64,000 bases of DNA from Chrysomallon squamiferum (taxonomy: Eukaryota; Animalia; Mollusca): contig CM022671.1 in the NCBI GenBank assembly GCA_012295275.1, forward strand, positions 20,584,001 through 20,648,000, read 5' to 3'. Shown piece after piece: positions 63,531-64,000 of the stretch; within the stretch, counting starts at the first letter, position 1; every line of letters starts with the position of its first letter. Made by a program: the position numbers and the translations under genes. The notes under the pieces were generated by a model. It searched no databases. It was given only the letters and a program-made list of their open reading frames with translations, and was not told the DNA's origin.

Positions 63531-63903
63531 ACACACACACACAGAAACACACAATGATGCATACGACAAATATAAATATATTTAAAAAAAATTAAACGTT
63601 TCAGGTGAATATAAAGCTAACGTATGTCTACGTGCCCATTGTCGTCCGTGCATTTACTCATTCCCGAGCTGCCGAGGACTGAGCGATGGGATCCAGGCTT
63701 GGACAGGAAGGAAATACACACCTTATTATACAGAGTGCTTCAGACAGAGAGCTCTGTCCGTAAATACCTGTCCGCCAGATTCCACTGGGCAACCTCGAAT
63801 CTTTTCGGCTAAGGTGAAGCGTTGTCGCACTCTAAGAATGATTCCTCGGAAATACGGTGGCCTGTCGGAAAGCGACGAAGAAGACGAATCTGCCCTTGAC
63901 TGA
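60147..63903 (+). CDS. Secreted chitin-binding type-2 (peritrophin-A/CBM14-like) multi-domain protein, 261 aa
   Basis: Exons 60147-60372, 62916-63176, 63605-63903 with phase-1 introns. Signal peptide MSSHAAVLLMGMVVVCSG; modules DCAKY..CPEGLVF..C, PDPKNCARYYNC..ECEYPGYFD..C..C, CEY..N.C..AHC.PC..PSC.GLSDG..TPYY.EC..C..IF..C; acidic tail SESDEEDESALD*. Confidence 0.88.
61685..62115 (-). mobile_element. L2/CR1-clade non-LTR retrotransposon ORF2 remnant (post-RT region) in intron 1 of the chitin-binding gene
   Basis: NMLKLNADENEVMIF..MRNLGIMFDS.. then, after a frame disruption, ERYLTSETTKTLANGLVTSRLDYCSGLLHGLPYTLLNKLQRVQNTTATRII matches the LKLN.K.E / RNLG..FD / SRLDYCN / KLQRVQN.AAR consensus. 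Confidence 0.85.
63440..63545. repeat. (CT)n(CA)n microsatellite
   Basis: CT run followed by a CA run in an intron. Confidence 0.95.
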
Positions 63904-64000
63904 AAATTGAAATGCATAACGAAACAAAATTGTGTTCTAATTTTATTAATGTCTTCTTCTTTTATTCATATCATTATTATTGTTGTTGTTGTTAATATTA

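Overview
AT-rich, microsatellite-dense eukaryotic genomic DNA with GT-AG introns. The gene content suggests a mollusc, probably a gastropod (inference). I rebuilt eight protein-coding genes by hand from splice sites and reading frame: the 3' part of a TSGA13-like gene (+), NAA10/ARD1 (+), Bicaudal-D (-), two tandem single-coding-exon LRR type-I membrane proteins without a TIR domain (+), POGLUT1/Rumi (-), a small DPY30-domain (DYDC-like) gene head-to-head with it (+), and a secreted chitin-binding type-2 protein (+). Mobile DNA includes a 2.6 kb Sola2-like DNA transposon with ~500-580 bp TIRs inside NAA10 intron 4, a TA-flanked Tc1/mariner-type MITE, a degenerate hAT-like MITE, an L2/CR1-type RT remnant and a probable SINE relic. 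The most notable observations are one-sided deletion asymmetry between the two Sola2 TIRs, a BicD alternative C-terminus switch that parallels human BICD2, and an LRR paralog pair with a 4-fold CpG difference and an Asn-ladder-less central region. Most short ORFs in the supplied track are microsatellite or antisense artefacts. All family assignments come from recalled motifs; no searches were run.
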